A stretch of DNA of 64,000 nucleotides from the human T2T-CHM13v2.0 reference genome, Homo sapiens. The stretch lies in NCBI RefSeq assembly GCF_009914755.1, contig NC_060925.1. One strand, written 5' to 3'. Made by a program: the position numbers and the translations under genes. Below are positions 14,235 through 26,550 of this stretch, in pieces. Within the stretch, counting starts at the first letter, position 1. Each line of letters begins with the position of its first letter. The notes under the pieces are model-generated. The model was given only the letters and a program-made list of their open reading frames with translations, searched no databases and had not been told where the DNA came from.

Positions 14235-14655
14235 CAACTAAACATACCGCTCGTCTCCAAATATGCCAGGCACATTCCCACCTCTGAGCTTTTGTGTTGG
14301 CTTTTGCTTCTATCTAGTAAAAATTAGGTTGATATTCTCTCAGTTTGTTTCTCTGAAAATCAACATAATTCTCTTCTTTACCTTCCTAAAGTCTTTATTC
14401 AAATATCTCTTTTCTATGAAGTTTTCCCTGCCCACTCCACTTAAAATTATAAATACTTCCCTACAAACCAGCAATTTCTACCCCTTTCCTGCCTTGTATT
14501 CTCTGTAGCACTTATCACCATTTAACATCCTAGGTGCTATATTTTTTGTTTCCTGACTGTCTCCATCACTAGAATGTACCCTTCATGAGGGCAGGTTTTT
14601 GTCTAATTTCTACAAGAGTCCCTGACACTCTTTAGCTAATAAATACATGTTTGCT
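14235..14655 (+). mobile_element. L2 3' end
   Basis: 'agcacttatcaccatttaacat...actagaatgtacccttcatgagggcagg...aataaatacatgtttg'. Confidence 0.75.
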
Positions 14656-16071
14656 AAACAGAGGAGTCTGACCTTTTACCAAAGTAAAATTATATTGGTA
14701 TTCCCAGATGTCACATTCAAGGAAGTCTCTAAGAAGAGAAACAATTAAGGTAGATATAATTACAAATGAGAAAAGATGAAAATATGTAAGGCTGTGAGGG
14801 GTTATGATTAAAAAATAAAACACTAAGGAAATACACCTTGATGTTTGGAAAAAAATAACATGCGTTATTTGGTGTGGATAAGAAATCAAGACTTTAGACA
14901 GCAGAGTTTAACATTGTGAAGAAGTGTCTGAAAGGTGTAATTCCTTTGTGAATAGAGAATAGTTTAAGGGGAGAGAGCCTGAAAATTTGCATCTGCCTTA
15001 AACCTTTCCAATGGTGAGCCAGGAGACTTCAAGGAGAAAAATTGCATACCACCTACTCCGTAGATGGCTCAGAGGAGAAGTGACATTGGATTAGCCCCAG
15101 TCTTAAAAATAAAATTACAGGACAAGATTCAAAGGGAAGTTTCCAATTCCTATCTTCAGAAAAGAGTCATGAACCATCAACAAGGGAATAAGACTGTAAG
15201 AACTTTGTAAGCGTCTGTAACTTTCATCACTTTCCCACGTTTATTATTTTTATCTCTTCAGTATTTTCCCCAAAGGAATTAGCAGTGAAACCCTTAAAAC
15301 AAAAGAGGTCTGTGCGATTCTGTCAGAGGTAGGTAAATAAAAGGTCAAACTGGCAAGACTTCACAAGCTTCTGCCTTCCTTTCTGGTGGATAATGAAACC
15401 CCAAAAGATAGAATGGGCGGCAGTGGCTATCAAAAAGAGAGGAAAACTGAACTGACTGAGTCTTGCCAGCCTACAGTGAGAAAGAAGTGAAGAAGAATCC
15501 AGTACAAGACGGGCCCTGTGGCTGGGTTGCAGAAATGCCTTCCAGCTTCCCAAAATTTAGAAATTTACCTCCTCTAAAATATAAAGAGTTCATGTAAAAG
15601 TGGGTTCAAAAACAGTTTTAAATACATTTGTGGTGCAACTATTTTAAAATGGATGTTTTAATCAAATGAGAGATGCTTGGGATTCCTTTGGAATGTGATG
15701 TTATGCAAAGCATTTTTAAAAGCTTCAAAATATATCTAGGTGAGCGTCAGAGGCCAAATCATAGACTGGCTAGATGATTAACCAGTTTGACTTATCATGG
15801 CACATATGACCTTCTAAGATTATGTTGAATAACTGCTTTTAAATGAATGTGCCATGGAAATCTAGGCTAGTATATCCCTTGGTAGTAGAAACTGTTTCTA
15901 AATAGGGCAAAATATCAAATGCATTTGATAATGAACCAAAATTCTACAGCTTGCCTCTGAAAATGTTCAAAAGGATGTGACACATTAAAACGTCTACAAT
16001 GTTATCACTACATCTTGCCAAATATACTGAGTGTGTTAATGATGATACATCCCTACATAATACTGATAGAA

Positions 16072-16464
16072 CAATGGTTCTCAATTTGGAGCAACTTTAC
16101 CTTCTTGGGGATACTTGGCAATGTCTGGAACATTTTGTCTTTCAAGACTGGAGCAGGTGTTACTAGAATCTAGAGAGTAGAGGCCAGGTTGTGCTGCTAA
16201 ACATCCTACAATTGCACAAAAATGTACAATGTTGTGGGAGTAGTCTCCACAACAAAGAAATATGAAATTCGAAATGTCAATAGTGCTAAGCTGGGTACGG
16301 TGGCATGCATCTCTAGTCCCACCACTCTGGAGGCTGAAGTGGGAGGTTCGCTTAAACTCGCTTGAGCCCAGGAGTTTAAGTCCAACCTGGGCAATACAGT
16401 GAAGCCCCATCTTTTATATAAAAAAATGTCAATAGTGCAATAGTGCTGCAGTTGAGAAACACTG
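16072..16464 (+). mobile_element. MER20 (hAT-Charlie) interrupted by a FLAM
   Basis: Ends 'caatggttctcaa' and 'gttgagaaacactg'; internal 'ttggcaatgtctggaacatttt' and 'tgctgctaaacatcctacaa'. Confidence 0.88.
16289..16426 (+). mobile_element. FLAM_A-like free Alu monomer inside MER20
   Basis: A single Alu arm with a 15-bp TSD 'aaatgtcaatagtgc' at 16272-16286 and 16424-16438. Confidence 0.88.
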
Positions 16465-17688
16465 CTCATAAAACATTAGGCAGTGAACTTGGCAAAAAGA
16501 GGTCAAAACAAAACAAAAATCCTATGTATAAATGTTATGTTTCTATTTTAATTTTTATTGTAATTTTTACCATCTAGAGTATTTTTCATAGGATCACACC
16601 AGGAAAAGAATGCAGTTGCTGTCAACCTGTGACCTAATATTTAACAATTGTACTGGACTTAAGCATATGATACACCTCAAAAACACCATAACTACATTTT
16701 CATTTTTCTCCCCATTAATAGACAAATGATTCCGATTCACTTGATAGCATTCAATTGTGGTCTATCTCTTGGCATTCATATTATGATAACACACTGTAGA
16801 TGACCAAGAGTCTGTAGGTCAAAACGTTGCTCTCCTGTAAGCTTATCAGCAAAGAATTTTGTCTACTGACTTCTTAGATGAAAAGTATCCCCCTCCCCAC
16901 TCCAAAAAAAGACAGATAGCAAGAAGTAAAATGAATAAGCAAGGCCTCACTCGGACCTGGTTCTTCGTTTTGGAATAAGTCTTCCATAAAGTGATGAGAT
17001 GTCCCGTATGGCCAGCCAGACACATTCCTTGAATGATGAGACAGGTCTCCAACAATAGTGAAGTGTTCTATCAATCCCTGAGTGATGTTACCATGTACAC
17101 ATGCAAACATTCCATCCCCAGGAGAGGATTTCTGGTAAAACAATTTGGCCCACTCTCCCAATTTAAACAACTGCAGATACATTCCAATGTGTCATTTTCA
17201 GTAAAGACAGGTGGCCTGCTGGTTCTTCATACTGGAACTCTACTCTGTGCTGTGAATGATATGTAAGCTGCAATTTAACCATACATGTGTATAAAGTATT
17301 TGTGATGACATAAATCAGAGGCTCTTCAACTGGCTTTACATCAAGCATTCCTATTCCCTGCACATTTCATAGAGTGATAAGGTAGCACCTCTTTTTTTCC
17401 CTAGAGTATCAAGTATTGAAATATGAGTCAGCTACTGGCAAGAACGTTATGAACTTCCTCACTAGCAACTGAATTAAGTGGCAGCATTAACACACAGATA
17501 AGCTATCCTGTCTTCCATTCCAAGCCTGAATGATTCTTTTAATGTTTGTCATTTAATGTGGCACCACTTGTGCACCCATTGTCATCTTCTTGCAGTAATA
17601 ATTCTATGCTAGTGGAAAGCTTCTAGAAATCCAAACAGCAGTAGTCAATGTATAGAGGAGTTGTGTAAGAGGCATTCAAAATGTATAG

Positions 17689-18119
<431 letters not shown>

Positions 18120-18459
18120 TAATCTTGCCAGTAGATAAAGATGAAATACTTACTAGTCTATACAACCCAAAAAGAATTAAGATTTTATGGTCTTGACAGT
18201 GGCTTGATTATAAAAAGCTTTTTGCTGAAGCAAATATAACAAGATTCCAAGAGAGAGGCTTTGCTTCCAGGACCCATCTCCTGAGATGAACAGTTATTTG
18301 CAAGCTTATATGTTTGTGATAGCAGAGGACTGGCATCAAAATAAATGGAATTAAAAAAAATAAATTTTGTTCCAATTTTAAAGAAAATTCCAGTCCCTTC
18401 AGATTCTTCCCACCATTATATGTTCACATTTATGCTTGAGCTCTCTGACCTGCATTCTA

Positions 18460-19728
18460 TTAGGCTGGTGCAAATGTAATTGCAGTTTTTGCACTGTTTG
18501 AATTTGACGTTTGATATTGGAATACAATTTTAAACAAATGTGGTTACATTATGCATCATTTTAATGGACATTTCTCACTTTATGTTTTTCTGCTAATGAC
18601 TTATTACTTGCTGTTTATATTATGTTTATTTTAGACCACGGGAATGATGTTAGACAAAAAGCAAACTCCAGCAATTTTCTTATTCAAGTTCAAAATGGGT
18701 CGTAAAGCAGTGGAGGCAACTTGCAACATCAACAGCACATATGGGTTAGGAGCTGCTAATGAATGTACAGTGCAGTGCTGGTTCAAGAAGTTTTGCAAAG
18801 AAGAAGAGAGCCTTGAAGATAAGGGACATAGCAGCCGGCCATCGGATGCTGACAACGACCAATAGAGAGCATTCATTGAAGCTGATCCTCTTACAACTAC
18901 ACATGAAGTGGCCAAAGACCACTGTACCATCGTTCAGCATTTGAAGCAAATTGGAAAGGTGAAAAAACTCTATAAGTGGGTGCCTCATGAGTTGACCAAC
19001 CATAAATCAAAATAATCATCGTTTTGAAGTGTTGTTTTCTCTTAAGAAGACACAACAACAATGAACCATTTCTCAATCGGATTGTGACATGGGACAAAAA
19101 GTGGATTCTTATACGACAACCAGCAACGACCAGCTCAGTGGCTGGACCAAAAAGAAGCTTCAAAGCACTTTCCAAAGCCAAACTTGCACCAAAATAAAAG
19201 GCCACTGGTCTGCTGCCAGTCTGATCCGCTAAAGCTTTCTGACTTCCAGTAAAACCATCACATCTGAGAAGTATGCTCAGCAAATCGATGCGATGCACCT
19301 AAAACTGCAACACCTTCAGCCAGCCTTGGTCAACAGACAGGGCCCAATTCTTCTCCAACAAAGCCCAGCTGCATGTCACACAACAAATGCTTCAAAAGTT
19401 GAACAAACTGGGCTATGAAGTTTGGCCTCATCTGCCGTATTGACCTGACCTCTCGCCAACAGACTACCACTTCTTCAAGCATTTCGACAACTTTTTGCAG
19501 GGAAAATGCTTCCACAACCAGTAGCATGCAAAAAATGCTTTCCAAGAGTTCATCGAATCCAGAAACACAAGAGTTTTATGCTACAGGAATAAACAAACTT
19601 ATTTCTCATTGGCAAAAATATGTTGATTGTAATAGTTCCTATTTTGATTAATAAAGATGTCCTTGAGCCTAGTTATAATGGTTTAAAATTCACGGTCTAA
19701 AACCGCAACTACTTTTGCACTAGCCTAA
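18460..19728 (+). mobile_element. Hsmar1 mariner transposon, near full length, transposase disrupted
   Basis: TA-flanked TIRs 'ttaggctggtgcaaatgtaattgcag' and 'ccgcaactacttttgcactagcctaa'. ORF relic MMLDKKQ...FKMGRKA, WVPHEL near 18977, and PY*PDLSPTDYHFFK near 19435. Start ATG is changed to ACG, with stops and frameshifts. Confidence 0.97.
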
Positions 19729-20679
19729 TAACCTTTAGGAAATATCTAGAGGTTCTTACAGGATGTCAGTTCTATATGGACTGCTTTGTATGAACTCTCA
19801 ATATAAACTTTGGGGATTGTAATAAAGAATCCTACTCAAAACATGTAATTTTCATGAACAGCTTATCAAGAAGTCAATCAGGGAGGGGGATATAAATATG
19901 TTTTTCTAAATTATTGCTATGAGCCATGCTGTATTAAATTTTGAAGCTTCAACCCTTAAAAAGGGGAAGATATTCCCCAAATCTCTGGGCACTCTAACAA
20001 TTATAACTCCATTTGAGCTGATTTAAAACTTTGGTCATATATCTGTTTCACAGATCTCTTCTTCTTCCAACAGAGGCTGAGCTTCTGGGCTTGAGGAGTA
20101 AGAGTGGAGATAGACACATTCTTTGTACTTTACATGCCTCTTCCCACCTCCATTTGTGATGCTGGGTTAGGGAAAAGAGACAAGGGAGAGAGGACAAGCA
20201 TCTTGGTATATAGAAGAGCAGAATGTTGCTATTTCTTTGGCCAGTGTTGACTAGCAATGTCTTCTTTGCCATAACTGTCCCTATAACTGACTCTCACAGG
20301 TTACAAGTGTGTCTTTTAGGCAGCCTGGTACAGCTTCCTCAGTACTGAACCCTGACTCAGCTTTGAGTTCAAAATTTCAGCTCCAGAATAAAAGCTAGTG
20401 GGCTGTCTACACCCAGCATGGGAGGTAGCCTGCCTTAGGTGGAGGAACAGCAAAGCAGCCTTAGCTAGGTTACTGTCTGCGATGCCCTAGACTAAAAGGG
20501 AATTCAAGTGCCAGTGCCCTTGCCATGTCAGACAGGGTTTGGTCTGGAATGAGAGAGTACCTAGCACCTTTTCTTTTCAGCTTTGACTCTAACCTAGGTA
20601 CAAGAGTCAACATTCTCTAAAATTTAAGTAGAAAAATGCAGAAGACACTGCGTAAAGCTGCATCAAGTTGCCTGGGATG

Positions 20680-20785
20680 CTCCAGTTTACTTTCTGTGAG
20701 ACCTTGACTAAGTCACTTAACATTTCTGAGCCTAGGTTTCCTCAATTGCAGAATGGGATAATGAGAGTCCCAACTTCAAGATTAG
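20680..20785 (+). mobile_element. MIR fragment
   Basis: 'gaccttgactaagtcacttaacatttctgagcctaggtttcctca'. Confidence 0.75.
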
Positions 20786-21114
20786 CTTATCTATATGGCT
20801 ATGTCAGCTATATGAATTTTTAAAATTATCTTTTAAAATGTAGATATCTGTTTACGTGTTAAGACTGAAACATCAGCAACATTTTTTAAAAGAGAAAAGT
20901 TTTCTTTATTTCAGAAATGATTTCACATCTAGATATTTTCTACCAAAGCTATTTGTTCCTCTCTGAATGCCTTTCTAGTAGGCTCTTTAAAATACTTCTC
21001 CTTTTCTTGGAAAAATTATAGTTTTGAAGATGATGTAAGGACATCAACATTTTCTATATCTGTTAGTCTCAAATTTTACTGTACCTACGTATTACTCATA
21101 ATTGTATTAAAATA

Positions 21115-21260
21115 AATTTTGCAAGGCAGAAACCTCAGATATCTGACTTAATAGAACTATGGTGGGGTCCAGGAATGAACATTTTTACCCAACACTCTCT
21201 GCTTCCCAAGAAATCTGACATAGGTGATCCACAGACCACACATAGAGAAACATTGTTTTA
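21115..21260. mobile_element. MER5-like hAT MITE fragment
   Basis: 'ggtggggtccaggaatgaacattttta...gtgatccacagaccacacatagagaaacattg'. Confidence 0.7.
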
Positions 21261-23349
21261 AGATGAATGTGAAAATCTTTTGCAATGACCAATTCCTGGG
21301 ACTGTTTGCAGCTATGTGCACTGTAGCTTACAAGGAATGCCTTACACTAGACAAACAGAAAAAACACAAGGACAATTTGTCTAACTTTAAGTTTTGATTT
21401 GAGCATTTATTCTATACTTACAGAAATTAAGTTTTATTTTGAAATAACTATAGTATTGTATACTTTTTATGCATGGGTGACTCTATTACCAAAAAAATTG
21501 CTTTTTAGAAGCATGGAAGAGGAAACTGACCTTGAAAGAATGCAGCACAGAATTATAACTATATCTATGGGGGAAATGGCAAATCTCTATTTTTGTTGCA
21601 CAAATAATGAATGTAATAAAAGAAGCAAAGTCTAAAAAAGCAAGTGATTTTTCCTAAGCAATCTCTTTCTTAGAATTTTCATTACATTTTACTTCTTTAT
21701 ATAAAAGAAGATGGCATAGTTAAAATCATGTAATAACAGGTGCTATGATAAGTATTTGCCTGAAAATATTTTAGACCCCTGATTTAAATTTGCAAGTTTC
21801 TTCCTCTGTCTCTGGCTACTGTTCTCTTATTCAGAGCATTTTCCTTATTACCAAGAGCTTCTGGAAAAATTTCTTTAGCCTTTTGATGCAAATGATTTAT
21901 TTTTCTTTTTGCTCCTACCCCACCCTTCACTGTCACCCACAGCATTGTCATTCCCCAACAGGTGCAAAGAATGCAATATCCCTGCTTTCATGCAAGAAAT
22001 ATATACGAATAGTAAGTGGCAATAAACACACCAGTGATCATAATATTGGAATTTTTAAATAAAATGATAGATCTAACCACTTTTTATGCAGCAAAGGAAT
22101 GATACCACAAATGAGTAGGCACTTTTTTAAAAAAGTAAACATCTCCTGTCTCTAATTCAGGAGAGATCACTTCATCATCTGGACTCCTCTGTAGGGGACA
22201 AATGTGTAAGTGAAATTTTGTTGGAGGAATCTTCTTTGCTTATTCGGGTGCCTGCGACAATCCATGATTTTGCAACGAGGCTTGTTCTCATTTAAATTTC
22301 TCATTTTAGATCTAAACTAGAAAAATTTTGCTGTCTAGACTCAGTATGAATTCCCATAGTACCTCAAATCTGTATTAGGGGCATTATATAAAAGACAAGT
22401 TTGTTCTCATATCTCTTCATGTACAAAGCATAACTCGGTCCTATAGTGAGCTGATCGCATTCAGACAACCATGTGTGAACCTTATGTTATTCTGCCCTTT
22501 TCCAATATTTAAAAACTGATATCTATCTTTTTAGGAGGATAAGTGTTTTCCTAAGTCGAAAAAATTTAGTTCAGGCTTGGCCTGCATTAACTCTATTGAA
22601 TTCTTCAAATGCATACCAGGTTAATGAAGGCTAAACCACGGTGGGCTAAATTTTTTGATAAATATCGAAGTCTTCTTTGATCCTGATAACCCACAAATGT
22701 TCAGCATGAGTGAGTTTTCACGGTCAGCATGCAGTGGTTTTGATATTTAACTTAAGCTCTAGCCCAATATGGTTTATTTTACTTATGTGTATGGTATGCT
22801 TAGAACTAAGGAGCAGGAAAAATTAGAAACAGCACAGGGGTACATGACATATAAGGCACTTTTCCCCATTTGGCTAAGAGTCTGCATCATTTACTTGTGG
22901 CTTCAAGGGCTCTCTCTTTGTGTGTGAGTTTGTTTGAAGTAAAACAAACAAAAGCTTAGGGAATGCTTCTTTGCTTTATTTGACCAGCCCCTAGCTGCTT
23001 TCTTATATGAATTCAGGTCTCCTTTTCCCATCATGACAAAGCCTCTGACCCTGAACAGAGGCTAGGTGTCTTTCCATCACCTGGCAACAGGAGGTCTGAG
23101 AAGGATGAAATAACAATTAAGTAACAGCAAGATCAAGAAAAACGGTGCTTTCAAGGATAGACAACAATCTTCATAAAATGCACTGTAGACTCAAAGTTCT
23201 TCAATTTTCCATGAGTCAGATAAGTCGTATCTCCAACTTGTAGGATTCAATAAAAGTTAGGATTCAAATGGAAAGAGAGAAGTGTCTATACAAATTACGT
23301 GTAACATATATGCAACTTACTTTGTGATTCCATTTAGATGCCCTAAGAA

Positions 23350-23505
23350 ATGAGGATCACGGTTACCTTGTGGGGATAGTGGGTGGAGAGGAGATTGGGA
23401 GGTGGGGGGCTTCCAAGGTATTGATCATCTTGTTTTTCTTGATCTTGCTGTTACTTACACAGATGTATTCTCTTTTTGAAATGTGTTTAATCTGTACATT
23501 AATGT
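23350..23505 (+). mobile_element. Old L1 (L1MC/ME-like) 3' terminal fragment
   Basis: 'ggttaccttgtgggg...ttcttgatcttgctgttacttacacagatgtatt'. Confidence 0.6.
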
Positions 23506-23521
23506 ATTAATGTATGTAGCC

Positions 23522-23728
23522 CAGGATTCATCAACCAGCCCTAGGGACATTTTGGATTACATGATTCTTTGTTATGGGCATTTTCCTGTGCATTGTAGGA
23601 TGTTCAGACATATTCCTGACCTCTACCCACTAGTTGTCAGACGTATCTCTCCTCTCTAGTTATAATAATCAAAAATGTCTCCCAAATTGCTAAATGTCTC
23701 CAGGAAACAAAATCTCCTGAGAACCTCT
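23522..23728 (-). mobile_element. MER20
   Basis: 'cctgtgcattgtaggatgttcag...cctgacctctacccactag...aaaaatgtctcc'. Confidence 0.85.
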
Positions 23729-25732
23729 AAAGTAACCTACCATTGTTAAAGACTATAAGTCAGATGTCTAGAGGAAATAATTCTTTAAGATAGGATTATT
23801 GCATCATAACAATGAGTAATATTACCAGACTTGGAGAAAATTATGTGGGCTGGCATTACTTGAAATTCACACTGTCTTCAAAATCATTAAAGTTTATTAT
23901 AGTTTGGATACACCATATTTCCCACTGCTTAACTTTCATGTGTAGCTTCTATAAATCAAACACTGCCAACTCAGAAATGCTTTTGACAACTGATTGATGG
24001 ATTAATCTCAGTTTTGAGCAGAATAATTGGCAAGAAAAGGGAACCCATTATAGGGCTACATTATTTATATAAAAAAGGGGGCTCAGAATTACCTGCAAGA
24101 CAAATATATGAGACTATTCTCAGTCCTAACAACAAAACCTGACTTTACAAATGGCTGTTGAGGCAGACAGGTAAGTAATTGAAAGGAATGGAAGTTGCCA
24201 GGTCTCTAGGCATGAATAACTACTAATGTAAGTTCAGATTTTTCACAACTGATAAAATTAGTAGTATCTGAGTTATTACAGAGACAAGACAAACAAGAAA
24301 CCATAAGATAAAGTACTGTGGATAAAGAGTCAAACAAAAAGATGTTTAAAAAATGAACATTCACATTCTAGGCAAACACTTTAAAAGGCACCAGATACAC
24401 AAATACCAGCAAATCCTGATAACTCTTTCTAGCAGGACAAAATGCTTTCTGTTTAAAGGGCATCCAACGTGTTTTTGTTTGGCTTTTGTTTTGGTTTTGG
24501 TTTTTTTGCTACGTGTATTTTTTCACAATGACTTATGACTTGAAAAGAAAAATAATGCCATGTGATTCAATGTTTTACCAAGAACTGTTTATCAGTGTTT
24601 CATTCTGTGCACTCAGAGCATAAACACTTTCTTTTTTCCTGAAGCCAGATTTGGATCACTCACTTGAGCTGGGCCTGGGGGAGAAACATAGCGTGTATGA
24701 GGAGCTGATTAATTACCAGAAATCAAATGCCTTGCAGTCCAGAGCTCTGTGTTGAAAGCAAGCACCAGGACTAGAGGAATGGTGAGATCCACATGCAGGC
24801 ATGGAGAGACAGTAACACCTCGGGGATTAAGTTTCACTGTGGACTGAAACAAAGGATTTAAGAATGATTGTTTATCCTTGACAATGTCACCTGTGCCAAT
24901 CTTTTTTTAACAAGAGCTTTCAGCATATGACTTTTAAAGTCAAAGAAATCCTGTTAACCTCAATAGTTTGTCATCTTTAAAAAATCATTGCTTTTCCACC
25001 CTTTATATACTCCTTGAAACTTAGGCAGTAACTCATAATTAAAGGTTAGAATATGTCTTATTTCAAGCCTTGTACACATAAATAGAATCTTTTGAGGCTA
25101 TCTCTCTGGAAGGGCTTCTTATTTAAAGTGGTGCATATGTCTACAAGGGAGATATAAACAGAGACAAAATAATATGAAATGTTGGGAACAATATACTGGC
25201 AAGCTCAGAAATCTTGAAAGGTATTAATAATCATAGGTGGGCAAGATCAGCTAGTTGACAGACTTTTCATTTCTTCAAAGAGCATATAAATATGGAACTT
25301 CTTCCTTCAATTCACACTGGAGGTTGGTTTCTTTTCCATGCCTCATAGCCATAAAATCCCCATTACCATTGCAGATCCATTTGTATCAGTAGACTAAGGT
25401 CAAAGGGCCCAGTATTAAATTCCTCCACAGGCAAGTTTGCTTTAAAAAAAAAAAAAAATTTGTTGGTGGGGGCCATTTTTTCCCCAGAAATTGCTTGTGC
25501 AATTTACCCTTTTCCTCCAAGAGGCACCCAGCGATGGGATCCAGAGCTGTGATGCTGTGGCGCTACTTTACTTGAAGGGCTATGTCTCAGAAATGTGTGT
25601 TGTACACTTAGAAGCTGTGGCTCCAGCTTTGCCACTTCAAATCACTGAAACACCTTAGCCCTTCTTTAAAACAGGTAGATTTAAAAAAAAAAAATCAAAG
25701 CTATTAATTAAAAAGAACACTAGGCCAAACTC

Positions 25733-26054
<322 letters not shown>

Positions 26055-26550
26055 TAAACCACCCAAGTTTGTCTATCCCAGAAAACAAATGGATTGTGAG
26101 CTCTAATAGTAAAACATAAAGTTAGTCTTTAGTATTGACTTTCTTCTCAGGTTGCCTCAGAAAGCCATGTGGTTTCATATTAGCAGAGAAAGTGAGACGA
26201 GAGTTATTGAGGAAAGGGGAACAAGTCAACTCTGTAACTATAAATATTTTAAGATTAACCAATGGCATTTAGTGGAATTCATGTTTAAAACTAGTTACAC
26301 CAAGAGAAAATCAACACCAATAGGGGAAAATGTGGGATAGAAAAGTTTAAAATATTTAAAATTTGTGGAATTTATCTACCCTTGTCCAGTGAGCATTTTG
26401 TGCTTTGGAATTACCATCTTCTTTTGGCCCAGGAGGCTAGCATCCTCTGGCTTAGCAGGGCATTGGGCAGAGGTGGGCACGTCAGCCCAGAGGTTACAAA
26501 TGGAATCACTCTTACTTGGCAAGGCACTTACTGAGATTCCAACTGCCCAT

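Noticed and set aside
18644-19651. Functional mariner transposase or the SETMAR gene
   Set aside because: Start codon lost, multiple stops and frameshifts, second catalytic Asp motif deleted, and no SET-domain exons nearby.
23370-23410. G-quadruplex-like G runs
   Set aside because: Irregular long loops within an old L1 3' UTR G-rich tract; commonplace.
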